This document shows positions 30,761 to 40,911 of a DNA stretch of 64,000 nt, piece by piece. Within the stretch, counting starts at the first letter, position 1. Each line of letters starts with the position of its first letter. A program made the translations under genes and the position numbers. The DNA is from Nitrosopumilus sp. (GTDB taxonomy: Archaea > Thermoproteota > Nitrososphaeria > Nitrososphaerales > Nitrosopumilaceae), in NCBI GenBank assembly GCA_965214775.1, contig OZ243974.1, forward strand, positions 1,056,001 through 1,120,000, given 5' to 3'. The notes under the pieces were generated by a model, which had not been told where the DNA came from, did no database searches, and saw only the letters and a program-made list of their open reading frames with translations.

Positions 30761-31074
30761 CGCCTCTTGTAAAAATGGAAGGTGCCTCTCCCTCCATTGC
30801 ATGCCTAGACTGTCTGACAGGGCGATTCCCGTCCAAGGTTTTGTCTTGTAGTTTCATCTGTCCGTGCAATCTTTTTGGTTTTTGAAAAATTCCTGGATTG
30901 CCTACTAGAATGTCTGATCATGTCTCCCATACTTTGGCCGTTACTACGGCAATTTTCTCAGATAATTTTGGGAGCCTGCAGCCGGGATCTCGTAATATGG
31001 ATCCATAAATCAGAATACGAGAATAAAATATTTCAAAAAACCAGTTGGAATTGTATAATTTATTACCTCAAATG

Positions 31075-31081
31075 TTAAATA
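31075..31081 (+). promoter_or_regulatory. TATA-like box of the putative ncRNA
   Basis: TTAAATA about 25 nt before the structured region, with no ORF following. Confidence 0.45.
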
Positions 31082-31103
31082 CTTAAAGTTCTTATAACAA
31101 TTA

Positions 31104-31233
31104 ATGCCGAGGGATGTAATTCCTATCGACTAAACCTGCGTAGCCCCGCAGAACGAAAAAGGCAATCAGGCGCAATAATGCTCTGACAAAGAGAGGAAAT
31201 CTCTCAAAGTTCTGCAGTTAGGGGGTTACGCCT
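31104..31233 (+). ncRNA. Structured small RNA, possibly HgcC-family
   Basis: Stems GCGTAGCCCC/GGGGTTACGC, GCAGAAC/GTTCTGC, GAGAG/CTCTC, TCAG..GCA/TGC..CTGA; family assignment is from memory only. Confidence 0.6.
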
Positions 31234-31234
31234 C

Positions 31235-31681
31235 TTAATCTTCTAAAATATCCACCGTCACAGATCCCATCTCATTTCCATTTGGGTTGATAGTGATCCT
31301 TACTTGCTCTGATTCAGAAACGGAAAAAGATCCGGTGCCGTCATAGCTCCATGTGTGATATTCTGAAATGCCGGTCTGTTGCAGATGACTTTTCAACTCA
31401 AAACTCTCACTAAATTCAAAGTCATTCCCCGAAATTGAAATTGAAAGAATTTCAGGACTGCTTCCGTTTGGAACGAATCTAAAATGGTAATCTCCAGCGC
31501 TTATCATGAAAGACTCAGAATAAACGCCATTCACATAAAGATCGGGATCTGCTAATGTGGCATGAAATATGACCTTGCTTTTTTCTGATGGGGAATCAAC
31601 AAACGAGATTCCCACAAAAATTCCTGTTATTACTATGACCGGAATAATTATTTTTATTATTGTTGTTGTTTTTTTATCCAT
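31235..31681 (-). CDS. Membrane-anchored hypothetical protein
   Basis: N-terminal TM helix; FHATLADP..YHFRFVPNGSSP. Confidence 0.7.
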   Translation of the reverse strand: MDKKTTTIIKIIIPVIVITGIFVGISFVDSPSEKSKVIFHATLADPDLYVNGVYSESFMISAGDYHFRFVPNGSSPEILSISISGNDFEFSESFELKSHLQQTGISEYHTWSYDGTGSFSVSESEQVRITINPNGNEMGSVTVDILED

Positions 31682-31741
31682 CTAGTATTCGTGTGTTTAA
31701 TGGTATAAAAATAAATTTCAACCGTCTTTTCTGATTTTCTT

Positions 31742-33203
31742 TGTAGTTGGTTCTATTTGGCTTGATTGATCCAAGCAGTAGTTGAAAATGTACCCCGCAA
31801 ATCCGTCTAGCCGGGATCGTGCAGCCGCCGCCCAACCCCGATCCTGTCTGCATCTGGCACACAGAGGCAGCACGAATACAGTATCACAACATACACGAGT
31901 CAGCAGCGTCATGACGCGGGCCTTTGGATCGGCCGAGTCCCTCATTGTCAGCCATATGTTGCATACTGCAGGCGACACGTAAAACAAAAGCATCCGCATG
32001 ACAGGATTCTCGCTGACGGTCCATGGCCTGACGCTCTTGGCACAGCGATACCCCGTCTTGATGCCCCACCTGTTCCGATACTCTTTTGTCACATAGTAGA
32101 ACAGCTGTCGGTAGCTGTGGCAGTGTACCGTGGTCGCAAACACGTGGTATCTGTCAAGGATGTTCTTTGCCGTGGACTTTGGGATCTTCCTGATGACCAG
32201 AGTGAACGTGAATCTCTTGCCGTCTGATGACTCAGGTATATTTTGATACTGCCTTTCTCTTGCCGCAGGCACGCTGTACGATGGCCTGCTTTATCCCCGG
32301 CGTCTTGACTGCAGGCATGATGAATGCAAACCCGGTGCCGTATATGGCATCCATTACGTCTACTGAAAAGAACCCCCTGTCAAGCAGGATGACGCTTTGC
32401 CTTGACCCAGGCCTGGACGTAATGCCCAGATCGGCGCATTTTTGGAGCATATTACGCACCAAATCGGCCTGTTCGTAGCCCCTGGTCATCATACTACAAC
32501 CGGCATGCACGTCGGCGCCGGCATTGGATGTCATCTTGTATATCATGTACTTTTCAAAGTTGGAGGTGCCCCTGTCGTACTTTGACTTTGCCAGGTATCT
32601 CATGTCGGGGTTCTTGTCGTACCTGGGCATCTTGGTCTCGTCTATGGCAAGAACCGGTGCCCTGTGGCTCCTTTTGAGGGCGTGAAGCTGCCGATCCACT
32701 GCTTCTGCTGCCGTGTAGTGCAGCATTGCATCGCACCTTTTCTCCATCGCAGACAGTCCTGTGGATCCCAGCTTTCCAAGAAGCCAGGCCGAGCCGGGTA
32801 CCGCTACTGCTCCGGCGCCCTCCGATGCGAGGAGTGCAAGCTTTTGGACGGTATGCTTGCACATGCAGTGCGCACAGTTGAAATCCGGACATTTTTTATC
32901 AAAATAGGCACGATATGTCAAAATTACGGTCCGTTTTTTGATGTGCGCACTACAGAACGCTCTGACATGGAAGCAATCAGGTCGGAGGCGTCTTCCACGC
33001 CCCACATGGCGTTGTGCCTTGTGGAGTATCTGATTCCCAGCATGTCTATTGCGGTGACCAGGGACCTGAATCCTGCCTTGCCGTACCCTGTCCGGAGGCG
33101 TTGTTGCTGCTGATCCGTTACTTTTTCGGCCATGATTTGTTGATCATTCCGGTGATTTTCGGCCAGATTCCAAATTTTAGGCAGGGTTATGCAACAAACT
33201 ACA
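31742..33203 (-). mobile_element. Decayed ISH3-type element with frameshifted transposase
   Basis: Fragments LAIDETKMPRYD, LLDRGFF and YRNRWGIKTGYR over three frames, homologous to 2828-3952; intact end TTATGCAACAAACTACA at 33187-33203; other boundary approximate. Confidence 0.8.
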
Positions 33204-33277
33204 GGTTAGTCAAATTTTATGTACGGTGAACCAATCTTTACACCTGAAATTAAGTACATATTCTAACAGAAAACTCG

Positions 33278-33925
33278 ATGGCAAACCTGCACGACAAGTG
33301 GTCAAAACAACCCCAGCCTGGAATTGGAGAGAAGATAAATGACACTCTAAAACCAAAAGGCCCTCTAAAACCACGGGTTCAAACAGCCATCAAAAAATTA
33401 CAACTACAAATCAAGAAACTGGACTCGATGCTTACAAGTCTTCAAGATCGTGATGCCAAACTATTCCAGAGAATTGTCGGGGCAACCCAAAAACATGATG
33501 TCCAAACCAGCAAGGTTCTGGGAAATGAACTTGCCGAAGTTAGAAAGGTTACCAAAATTCTAAGCAGTGCCAGAGTTGCCTTGGAACAAATTGAGTTGAG
33601 ACTAACAACATGCAGTGATCTTGGCGACACTGTAGTTGCCATCATGCCAACAATGGGTCTGATGAAAAACCTCAAATCTTCACTAGGAAAGATAATGCCT
33701 GGAGCAGAACAGGAGATTGGCCAGATGGCAGAAATGCTTGGAGGTTTTATGACAGAAAGCTTCTCCGGCGATGCGGCATTTGGAATTGACGAGTCAACAA
33801 ATGCCGAATCTGATGCAATCCTTAAAGAGGCAGCAGCTGTAGCAGAAAGTTCAACTAGAGAAATGTTCCCGTCGGTTCCAACCCCGACCAAAGAATCTTC
33901 TACCACCACCACAAAATTCCTTTAA
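33278..33925 (+). CDS. ESCRT-III / CdvB paralog (Snf7 family)
   Basis: LKPR..ANEL-like GNELAEVRK..ALEQIELRLTT..LGD..ILKEAAAVAE. Confidence 0.85.
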   Translation: MANLHDKWSKQPQPGIGEKINDTLKPKGPLKPRVQTAIKKLQLQIKKLDSMLTSLQDRDAKLFQRIVGATQKHDVQTSKVLGNELAEVRKVTKILSSARVALEQIELRLTTCSDLGDTVVAIMPTMGLMKNLKSSLGKIMPGAEQEIGQMAEMLGGFMTESFSGDAAFGIDESTNAESDAILKEAAAVAESSTREMFPSVPTPTKESSTTTTKFL

Positions 33926-33942
33926 TTGGAAAATACTTTTCT

Positions 33943-34422
33943 CTAAAGTGACTCTCTTGATTCTTTTACCCTCTTTACCCTGCTTCCTTCATCATCAATT
34001 ACTTTATCGATGCTAGAAAGTCTGTCTCTTAAGGAATTAATTATAGAGCCTACCTCGTCTGCCTCGTCTTCTACCTGCTTTCTCTTGCCTGTCAGCTCTT
34101 GAATTCCCTTGTTTTCCTCGTCAATATACTCGCTGACTTTATGCAATTTTTCTTTAAGGTTTTTGATATCCACTGATTCTTCCTCAATATCCTTTTCAAG
34201 CAACGTTCTCTTGTCTTTGAGATTCTTAATCATCAATCCCACATAATCGATGGCCTCTTCTAACTTGGCACGTTTTCCCATCAATTCTCCTATTCCTATC
34301 TGGCTTTCAGTTTCAACAGGCGAACTTGCTTCCACATTTCCCAAAGCCTCTTCTTTGCCGTCCCCCACTTTCTCTTCTGCCATCTCTCCACCTTCTCCCT
34401 CTTTTCTGAATCTATCAAACAT
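33943..34422 (-). CDS. Coiled-coil hypothetical protein
   Basis: ATG 34422 (MFDRFRKE); Glu/Lys-rich heptads. Confidence 0.7.
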   Translation of the reverse strand: MFDRFRKEGEGGEMAEEKVGDGKEEALGNVEASSPVETESQIGIGELMGKRAKLEEAIDYVGLMIKNLKDKRTLLEKDIEEESVDIKNLKEKLHKVSEYIDEENKGIQELTGKRKQVEDEADEVGSIINSLRDRLSSIDKVIDDEGSRVKRVKESRESL

Positions 34423-34553
34423 TTTATGATTTTCTTTCCAAAATAGGAATAAAAAGTTATTATGAGTCTCAAAACTGACCTTGTGACTGATTTTTTTGGA
34501 TAAAAGAAGAACGGCGATCATCATCGTCGTCATAACAACCGCGGAGAAAGATC

Positions 34554-34644
34554 GCGCTCTGGAAGTTCAGACACGAATTTTGCCACCAAAAAGGGCCGTT
34601 CAAACAGAATCTGTGCCTAAAATAGCAAATCACTTGCAGAGCCC
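34554..34644. mobile_element. MITE of the 4620 family (core)
   Basis: GCTCTGGAAGTTCAG...TGTGCCTAAAAT...CAGAGCCC. Confidence 0.7.
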
Positions 34645-34656
34645 GGAACTTGCAAT

Positions 34657-34749
34657 GTACGAGGTCACCTACCCCCATCAGTCAGGCACGAATTAGCATG
34701 AGTGATTGTGATCTTCGTGCCTAGCTAGCAAGGGGACGTGACCACATAC
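34657..34749. mobile_element. 93-bp MITE with GTAC/GTAT ends
   Basis: TIR GTACGAGGTCAC / GTGACCACATAC; exact 8-bp TSD CTTGCAAT. Confidence 0.88.
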
Positions 34750-35023
34750 CTTGCAATCTGTGCCTAAAATCATCATCCGAAGCGACTTTCAGACCCCCCG
34801 ATCAGCTAGCCGATTACCGTTCTTTCAAGTTCTTGGGCAGAATCTGATTCTTTTGTTGTCTTTTTCAGGACCAACTTTACTGGAATCTCTCTCCTCTTTG
34901 CATCATCACCACTTTACTGGAAAATTTCCCATCTTTTGCCCTGAAATAGGGCGTTCCGCTTTGCGTTCCGCTATAAAGTTTCAAAACGTCCCTCATTAAG
35001 CCAAGCAACGTATACTACCATAC

Positions 35024-35311
35024 ATGTCAAAACAACAATACAGGTCCGAAATGGGCATAATGGGCGATATCTTAGATGTAACTGCCGATGGCGGTCGCAA
35101 CGGAGTCATTGTATCTGCAATTTCTCGCAAAGCCAACCTATCTCACTATGCAGTGCTAGGCAAATGTGAAAAATTGGTAGAAGCTGGCTTGGTCGAATCC
35201 GTCAAAAATGACCGAAACAGGGTCTTTTTGATAACTGAAAAAGGACTTCAGTTTTTCCAGGAGTTCAAGAGATTTCAGGGACTCGTGGAGAGCATGAATC
35301 TAAGGTATTGA
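35024..35311 (+). CDS. Winged-helix transcription regulator
   Basis: YRS..I..DIL, ANLS, ITEKG motifs. Confidence 0.85.
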   Translation: MSKQQYRSEMGIMGDILDVTADGGRNGVIVSAISRKANLSHYAVLGKCEKLVEAGLVESVKNDRNRVFLITEKGLQFFQEFKRFQGLVESMNLRY

Positions 35312-35315
35312 GCAT

Positions 35316-36371
35316 ATGATTCCACAAACCGTACCGCCAATGCATGGGAACGAGTCTCTTCGGGATGACGATAATGGAATGCTTTTTGTAAGGACTGAGG
35401 ATATCCTCGATACAATGGTTAATGCACCAATTTTGATAGTTGGGTTGATGGTTGTAGCTTTGACGGTACCTCTTCAGGCCTCATTTGGCTCAACTCGAAG
35501 TCTGGATCTTACCATTTACTCAGATGGCTCGGCACACATTTCAGCTGAAATTGAGGTGGATCCTCTTGAGCCAGATTTTGAGGTGGATCTTTTTGGACCG
35601 TCAGTTGATAACTTTGTTGCAGTCAGTGAGAATGGATTTTTGCTGTCTAGTGAAATCATAGATGACAAAGTGACAATTGATACCTTTGGTTCTTCCTCTA
35701 TTGCCATTGATTATGACATTCACGATTTAATTTCTAAAGAGGGAAGAATATGGACATTTTCTCTTGATTCTCCTTCAGATTATTCATTGCTAATGCCGTC
35801 TAACTCTATTATTGTTGGAATGAATGCACTTCCAACCAATCTGGACATTGAAAATGATCAAACTAGATTAGAATTGGGCCCCGGTCTTTCTGAGGTAAAC
35901 TATATTTTCGGAACGGCAAACCCGCCGGTTACAAATCCTGAAGAACCGCCAACCCACCTTCAGTATCTTGCAACCATTGTTATTGGCGGTGGCATAGCAG
36001 CAGCAGCAATAGCCGCCGCAGTGGCAGGCGGAGTGCTTGTCATGAAAAGAAAACAAGAACCAAAGCCGTCTCCGGCTATTCAAACGGAAACTGTATCTGC
36101 TGACCCAAAACCAACCGGAGATGGCCTTGACACTGAAACAATTTTCAGGATGAGACCAGAAATGCGTGACGATGACAAAGAGATAGTGAAATTTATCTCT
36201 GAAAATGGGGGAGAAGCGTTTGAGAGTGATTTGAGAAAAAAATTCCTTCAACCAAGAACTACGATGTGGAGAGCAGTAAAGCGGCTTGAAAGACACGGCG
36301 TAATTGAAATCACCAAGAAGGATCTGCAAAATCTTGTAAAACTGAAAAAAGATATGGAGGAAGAGGAATGA
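35316..36371 (+). CDS. Membrane-anchored regulator with C-terminal winged helix (COG2512-like)
   Basis: Extracellular domain, TM helix, ESDLRK..PRTTMWRAVKRLE. Confidence 0.8.
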   Translation: MIPQTVPPMHGNESLRDDDNGMLFVRTEDILDTMVNAPILIVGLMVVALTVPLQASFGSTRSLDLTIYSDGSAHISAEIEVDPLEPDFEVDLFGPSVDNFVAVSENGFLLSSEIIDDKVTIDTFGSSSIAIDYDIHDLISKEGRIWTFSLDSPSDYSLLMPSNSIIVGMNALPTNLDIENDQTRLELGPGLSEVNYIFGTANPPVTNPEEPPTHLQYLATIVIGGGIAAAAIAAAVAGGVLVMKRKQEPKPSPAIQTETVSADPKPTGDGLDTETIFRMRPEMRDDDKEIVKFISENGGEAFESDLRKKFLQPRTTMWRAVKRLERHGVIEITKKDLQNLVKLKKDMEEEE

Positions 36372-37384
36372 AGGTTGTAACTGCGCTTGCCTTGATGCTG
36401 CTTGTAGCCGGCATTGGCCTGGGTGGAATTGCTGATTCTGCCTCGGCGCAAGACGATCCGGCAATTCTGCTTGAACTAGCCAAGCGTGCCCAAGATCAAA
36501 TCTCCGACCAAGTTTCAGAGAATCCTTCTGATAATATCAAAAGGATGTTCGGCGAAGGCACCCATCATGTGGAATCTTTGGAAAAATCAATTCATGCAGG
36601 CGACGCTGAATCAGCAAAAGAACATTTCCTTTCTGCCATGAAAATCTTCAAAGAAATCTCAATCCGTCTTTCGGCATCAGACCATATATCACAAACCGAA
36701 TCAGCTGAGGCAACCTCCTCGGATGCAAAAAACCCAACCAGTGATCTAAACAGACTATCTGCATATGTTCAAAGTCTCAAAACCATTGCAGGGAAACACG
36801 ATGCAGCAATTGATTTTTCAACCCTGGACAGGCTGTTTGATGCAGCAGCACAACAAATCCGCTCACATGAATACCGACTTGCACTTGAAACACTTCAAGA
36901 GATTAGGCAGGAGGTAGCCAAAATCAAAAAAGAACTGCGTGACAAGGCTTTGCAGCAGGAATCAGAACGAGCCAAACACTATGCGCAAAAATACCTGGAA
37001 CAATTAGACAGGCTAATCGAAAATGCCAAAAAACAGGGTGTTTCTGATGAGATTATTGAAAAATTAGAGGCTGCAAAAGAGAACCTCTCATCAGCTGACA
37101 ATCCCTCTGAAATTGCAAAAGAAATTAGAAAGATCATGTCCATAAAGGATCAGTTTGAATTAACAAAAAATGACAGGCTTGAATCCAGAGTTTTGCAAGT
37201 TGAAAAAATTATTTCAAGATTGGCACAGTCTGATGGAGCAGACGCAGATCTGCTGGAGGATGCCGGGAACACCCTTGAATCAATAAAGGAGCTCTTGGCT
37301 GATGGGCAACTTGATGAGGCAAACCAGCAATTAAGAGATCTGGCAGACCAATTGAAAGAAATCAGAAACTCAACAACACGCTAG
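36368..37384 (+). CDS. Secreted alpha-helical protein
   Basis: Signal peptide; ATGA overlap with the upstream gene. Confidence 0.72.
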   Translation: MKVVTALALMLLVAGIGLGGIADSASAQDDPAILLELAKRAQDQISDQVSENPSDNIKRMFGEGTHHVESLEKSIHAGDAESAKEHFLSAMKIFKEISIRLSASDHISQTESAEATSSDAKNPTSDLNRLSAYVQSLKTIAGKHDAAIDFSTLDRLFDAAAQQIRSHEYRLALETLQEIRQEVAKIKKELRDKALQQESERAKHYAQKYLEQLDRLIENAKKQGVSDEIIEKLEAAKENLSSADNPSEIAKEIRKIMSIKDQFELTKNDRLESRVLQVEKIISRLAQSDGADADLLEDAGNTLESIKELLADGQLDEANQQLRDLADQLKEIRNSTTR

Positions 37385-37422
37385 CAGTCATCATAAGCTT
37401 CATATACATTTTCTAGACAGCA

Positions 37423-37626
37423 TTGTTGAGCATGGCATCAAAACCAATCACTGTTGGCGTAGGCATTCCAATGGTTGTGGTTGGCGCTTTAATGGCATGG
37501 CTGTGGGCCCCAGTTGAGGGAGTCTATCAGAACCAGGTGGAACTTGTAGGCAGCACAATCGGAATTTTAGGAGCCGTGTTCTTTATTTCAGGCCTGTTCT
37601 ATTCTAAAGAACCTGTGGCGCATTAG
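37423..37626 (+). CDS. Small two-TM protein
   Basis: 67 aa hydrophobic. Confidence 0.6.
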   Translation: MLSMASKPITVGVGIPMVVVGALMAWLWAPVEGVYQNQVELVGSTIGILGAVFFISGLFYSKEPVAH

Positions 37627-37671
37627 AAAACCCACTGAATAAATAATGAACAAATTTACAACTATACGGGC

Positions 37672-38385
37672 TTGAAAATTAGACTGTTTGAGGTGTTCAC
37701 ATCAGTTGAAGGCGAAGGAATTCTTTATGGAACAAAGACACTCTTTGTAAGGCTGGCAGGATGCCCGTTCACATGTTTTTACTGCGATACCAAGGAATCT
37801 CTCCCCCTTGATTCTGGAAACGAGTATTCCATTGAGGAGGCAACCAGACTGATTGACTCTAATTTACAGCATCAAACATACAAGGTGAATTTCACCGGAG
37901 GCGATCCGTTAATCCAACACCAGGCAACTGCAGAACTTGCAAAACACGTCCAGTCCAAAAAAATTCCCACCTATCTTGAATCCTCGTGCTTTGACATTGA
38001 TAGGTTCAACCATGTCCTGCCGTTTATCGATATTGTAAAAATTGAGTTTAAGACACGTGACTCTGAATTTGTCGATTCACAGCACTATGAAAAACTAACC
38101 CGGCATGCAATCTGGTGCCTCGAGTCTTCAGTCAAATCGAAAAAGACAACCTACATCAAAATTGTGGCAAGCTCTAAAACCAAAGCAGATGATTTCAAAG
38201 ATTTGACAAATCAAATCTTCAACTCTGTATCAAAGGATGACATTGACGGGTTTGTCATTCAGCCAACGCATGGGATCTCAGTACCTTCCCTAGAACTGTT
38301 GCTCGAATTGTATGACGTTGTTTATCCCAATTACGCCGATGTCAAAGTCGTTCCCCAGCTGCACAAGTTTATTGGCGCCCCATAG
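37672..38385 (+). CDS. queE: 7-carboxy-7-deazaguanine synthase
   Basis: EGEG..FVRLAGCPFTCFYCDT radical SAM motif; C-terminal PQLHK. Confidence 0.9.
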   Translation: MKIRLFEVFTSVEGEGILYGTKTLFVRLAGCPFTCFYCDTKESLPLDSGNEYSIEEATRLIDSNLQHQTYKVNFTGGDPLIQHQATAELAKHVQSKKIPTYLESSCFDIDRFNHVLPFIDIVKIEFKTRDSEFVDSQHYEKLTRHAIWCLESSVKSKKTTYIKIVASSKTKADDFKDLTNQIFNSVSKDDIDGFVIQPTHGISVPSLELLLELYDVVYPNYADVKVVPQLHKFIGAP

Positions 38386-38452
38386 TTTGGCACTGCCACC
38401 TGCATAACATTCCGATTAGGTTCAAATACTGGCAAAAACCTGTGAAATTGTC

Positions 38453-39010
38453 ATGGATGATAAAAGAGTCAAAAAACTTGTTCGTGAGCTGATCATTGAG
38501 GTCGGGGAAGATCCTACCCGCGAGGGGCTGAGGGAAACGCCCAGAAGGATTGCAGACATGTACAAGGAAATCTTTTCAGGCTATGACTCTGACTCTGAAC
38601 TGTCCGTTCAATTCTCAGAAGACTCTGACGTCGTAGTTGCTCGCGACATTCAATTCTATTCCATGTGTGAGCATCACATGCTGCCTTTCTTTGGCAAAAT
38701 CCACATTGCATATTCTCCAAACGGGCGTGTCTTTGGAATATCAAAACTGGTCAGACTGGTAGAAAAACACTCCAAGCGACTACAAATCCAAGAAAGACTG
38801 ACCAAGAATATTGCAGACGAATTGTACTCTCAAGGAGTCAAAGGCGTAGTAGTTTTGGCCGATGCTGAGCATTTATGCATGAAGATGAGGGGGGTAAGAA
38901 ATGATGCAATGCTGTCCTCTTCAGCATTTAGAGGGATTTATGAAAATAAAGAAGAAAAAGAGGGTATCATGACTATGATCCGCAAGCGTGCCTCGGATTC
39001 CTCGTTTTGA
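38453..39010 (+). CDS. folE: GTP cyclohydrolase I
   Basis: ETPRR, CEHHMLPF, LQIQERLT, HLCMKMRG. Confidence 0.93.
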   Translation: MDDKRVKKLVRELIIEVGEDPTREGLRETPRRIADMYKEIFSGYDSDSELSVQFSEDSDVVVARDIQFYSMCEHHMLPFFGKIHIAYSPNGRVFGISKLVRLVEKHSKRLQIQERLTKNIADELYSQGVKGVVVLADAEHLCMKMRGVRNDAMLSSSAFRGIYENKEEKEGIMTMIRKRASDSSF

Positions 39011-39050
39011 TATATGAAAAATTAAATACCGATCCCATTTCAAAAAACCC

Positions 39051-39311
39051 ATGCACGACGGTAAGAAGATTGCCCATATACCAAAAGAGTCGTGGCCCGG
39101 CTGGACGTGGTATGCAATTGAATTTGGAATCGTTCTTGCAACATCAATGCTTGTTTCAAGGGAAATAACCGACTCTTTTGTGGGCCTGGCTCCTGATTTG
39201 CAGAACTATGTCTTTATGGGAATAGTCGGACTGATCTTCTTGGCGTGGTATATCGGAATTAGGGGATTTATTCTCAAAAAGAAAATCCTACGAAACAGCT
39301 ACGAAAACTAG
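39051..39311 (+). CDS. Small membrane protein
   Basis: 86 aa, two TM helices. Confidence 0.6.
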   Translation: MHDGKKIAHIPKESWPGWTWYAIEFGIVLATSMLVSREITDSFVGLAPDLQNYVFMGIVGLIFLAWYIGIRGFILKKKILRNSYEN

Positions 39312-39982
39312 GAGAGGTACTCCGTCTTGTCCTTGATCTTTGCTTTTGCAAAAGCTTTTCTTCTGTTCTGGCATGACTCGCAGCTTCCACAGTGATGTTT
39401 CTTGTTGGCATAGCAGCTCCATGTTTTGAAGATCAAATCCCCCAAATTTTTCACTCCTGCCTTCAACAGGTCACTTTTTGAGATCCCCTGGCGATACGGA
39501 GACCAAATCTCGACATTTTTTCTTAATCCTGACCTTATTCCGTCGGCTTCTCCCTGATTGAATGCGGATTCTAACTTTCGCGCAAATGCGGGCCTGCAAT
39601 CAGGATAGTGCCTGTCGCCTGTATGCGCCCCATAAACCACCAGCGATGCGTTTAGCGTGTATGCCCAGGCAGAGGCAATAGACAAAAAGACGGCATTTCT
39701 GATTGGAACCACAATGGAATAGTCAAACGTGCTTGGAATCTTCCTCTTGGAGCTGGTCAGTGCGTTTGAATCCCCGTACAAATCCTTCATAAACCCGATA
39801 TCGATAATTTTGTGCTCTTTGAAGCCTAGTTTTTTTGCAAAGGTCTTTGCAGCTGCTACCTCGTTGCTTGCCTTTTGGCCATAGGAGAATGTAATTCCAT
39901 GCAGCTCGTACCTTGATTTTAAGAGCGAGACTGCACATATGGAGTCTATTCCTCCGCTAAGAACTGCCACTGCCTTTTTCAT
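39308..39982 (-). CDS. queC: 7-cyano-7-deazaguanine synthase
   Basis: SGGIDS, VPIRN, YPDCRP, TWSCY..CGSCESC; alternative start 39991. Confidence 0.92.
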   Translation of the reverse strand: MKKAVAVLSGGIDSICAVSLLKSRYELHGITFSYGQKASNEVAAAKTFAKKLGFKEHKIIDIGFMKDLYGDSNALTSSKRKIPSTFDYSIVVPIRNAVFLSIASAWAYTLNASLVVYGAHTGDRHYPDCRPAFARKLESAFNQGEADGIRSGLRKNVEIWSPYRQGISKSDLLKAGVKNLGDLIFKTWSCYANKKHHCGSCESCQNRRKAFAKAKIKDKTEYLS

Positions 39983-39987
39983 GCCGT

Positions 39988-40911
39988 TCATTTTTTCAGA
40001 TTTATTGCACCCCTGCTGGGCTTGCAAATTACAGTCTGTGATCCTATCTTTGCCGATGAAAATCCTCTTGACATTGCCTTGCTGATCTCTGTCATGTGTG
40101 ACCTGCCTGATGCAAACGCAATTACGGATGGGCCTGCACCGCTAATTGTTACTCCTGTGGCTCCTGCCTCAAGGGCGTTTTTTTTAACCTGATCAAATCC
40201 TGGAATCATGTGTTTTCTTGCCGGCTCCACAATGACATCCACGACGGATCTTCCTATTAATGATGTGTCTCCGGTCGCAAATCCTGCCACGATTGCCGAG
40301 GCGTTTGATAAATTCAAAATACTGTCTGACAGTCTGATTCTTTTTGGAATTACCCCTCTTGACACCTTGGTTTTCTTTTTGGGAACATCCAGCCTGGGTA
40401 CTGCAACACACATTCGCAGATCTGCAGGCGGCTCAACCCTGATCACGTTGACCGGGTTTGTTTTAACAATTACAAAGCCTCCCAGCACGGATGCTGCGAC
40501 ATTGTCATAATGAATTGATCCTGCACTTGCTTTTTCTCCAGAACCGGCAAACTCTACTAGCGAGTCTTCATCTAGTTTCAAATTGAACAGCCTGTCAAAC
40601 GCAACTGCAGCAGCCGCGGCAGAGGCTGCACTGCTTCCCATTCCAAATCCCGCGGGAATTCCCTTCTTGATTCCAACTTCTATTCCGTCCTCAATCCCGA
40701 ATCTTTTTTTCATGTTTTTTACAACCAGTCCGGCCGTATTACTGTTGGAATCTTTTGGAAGATCATCTTTTGTTGCGATTGAAACCCCTGATCTTGTTTT
40801 TGAAAGCGTAATTTCATCAAAAAACGCATCAATGGCCAGGCCAAACACGTCAAATCCCGGGCCTAAATTTGCAGTTGATGCCGGTGCCTTGACTGTGACT
40901 TTTGTAACCAA
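39988..40911 (-). CDS. thrB: Homoserine kinase
   Basis: PASTANLGPGFD, GMGSSAA, HYDN, SGAGPS. Confidence 0.93.
   Translation of the reverse strand: MVTKVTVKAPASTANLGPGFDVFGLAIDAFFDEITLSKTRSGVSIATKDDLPKDSNSNTAGLVVKNMKKRFGIEDGIEVGIKKGIPAGFGMGSSAASAAAAAVAFDRLFNLKLDEDSLVEFAGSGEKASAGSIHYDNVAASVLGGFVIVKTNPVNVIRVEPPADLRMCVAVPRLDVPKKKTKVSRGVIPKRIRLSDSILNLSNASAIVAGFATGDTSLIGRSVVDVIVEPARKHMIPGFDQVKKNALEAGATGVTISGAGPSVIAFASGRSHMTEISKAMSRGFSSAKIGSQTVICKPSRGAINLKK

Noticed and set aside
37672-39982. queE-folE-queC as a 7-deazaguanine DNA modification system
   Set aside because: No dpdA-like gene nearby and the context is housekeeping; preQ0 supply for tRNA archaeosine is the simpler reading.
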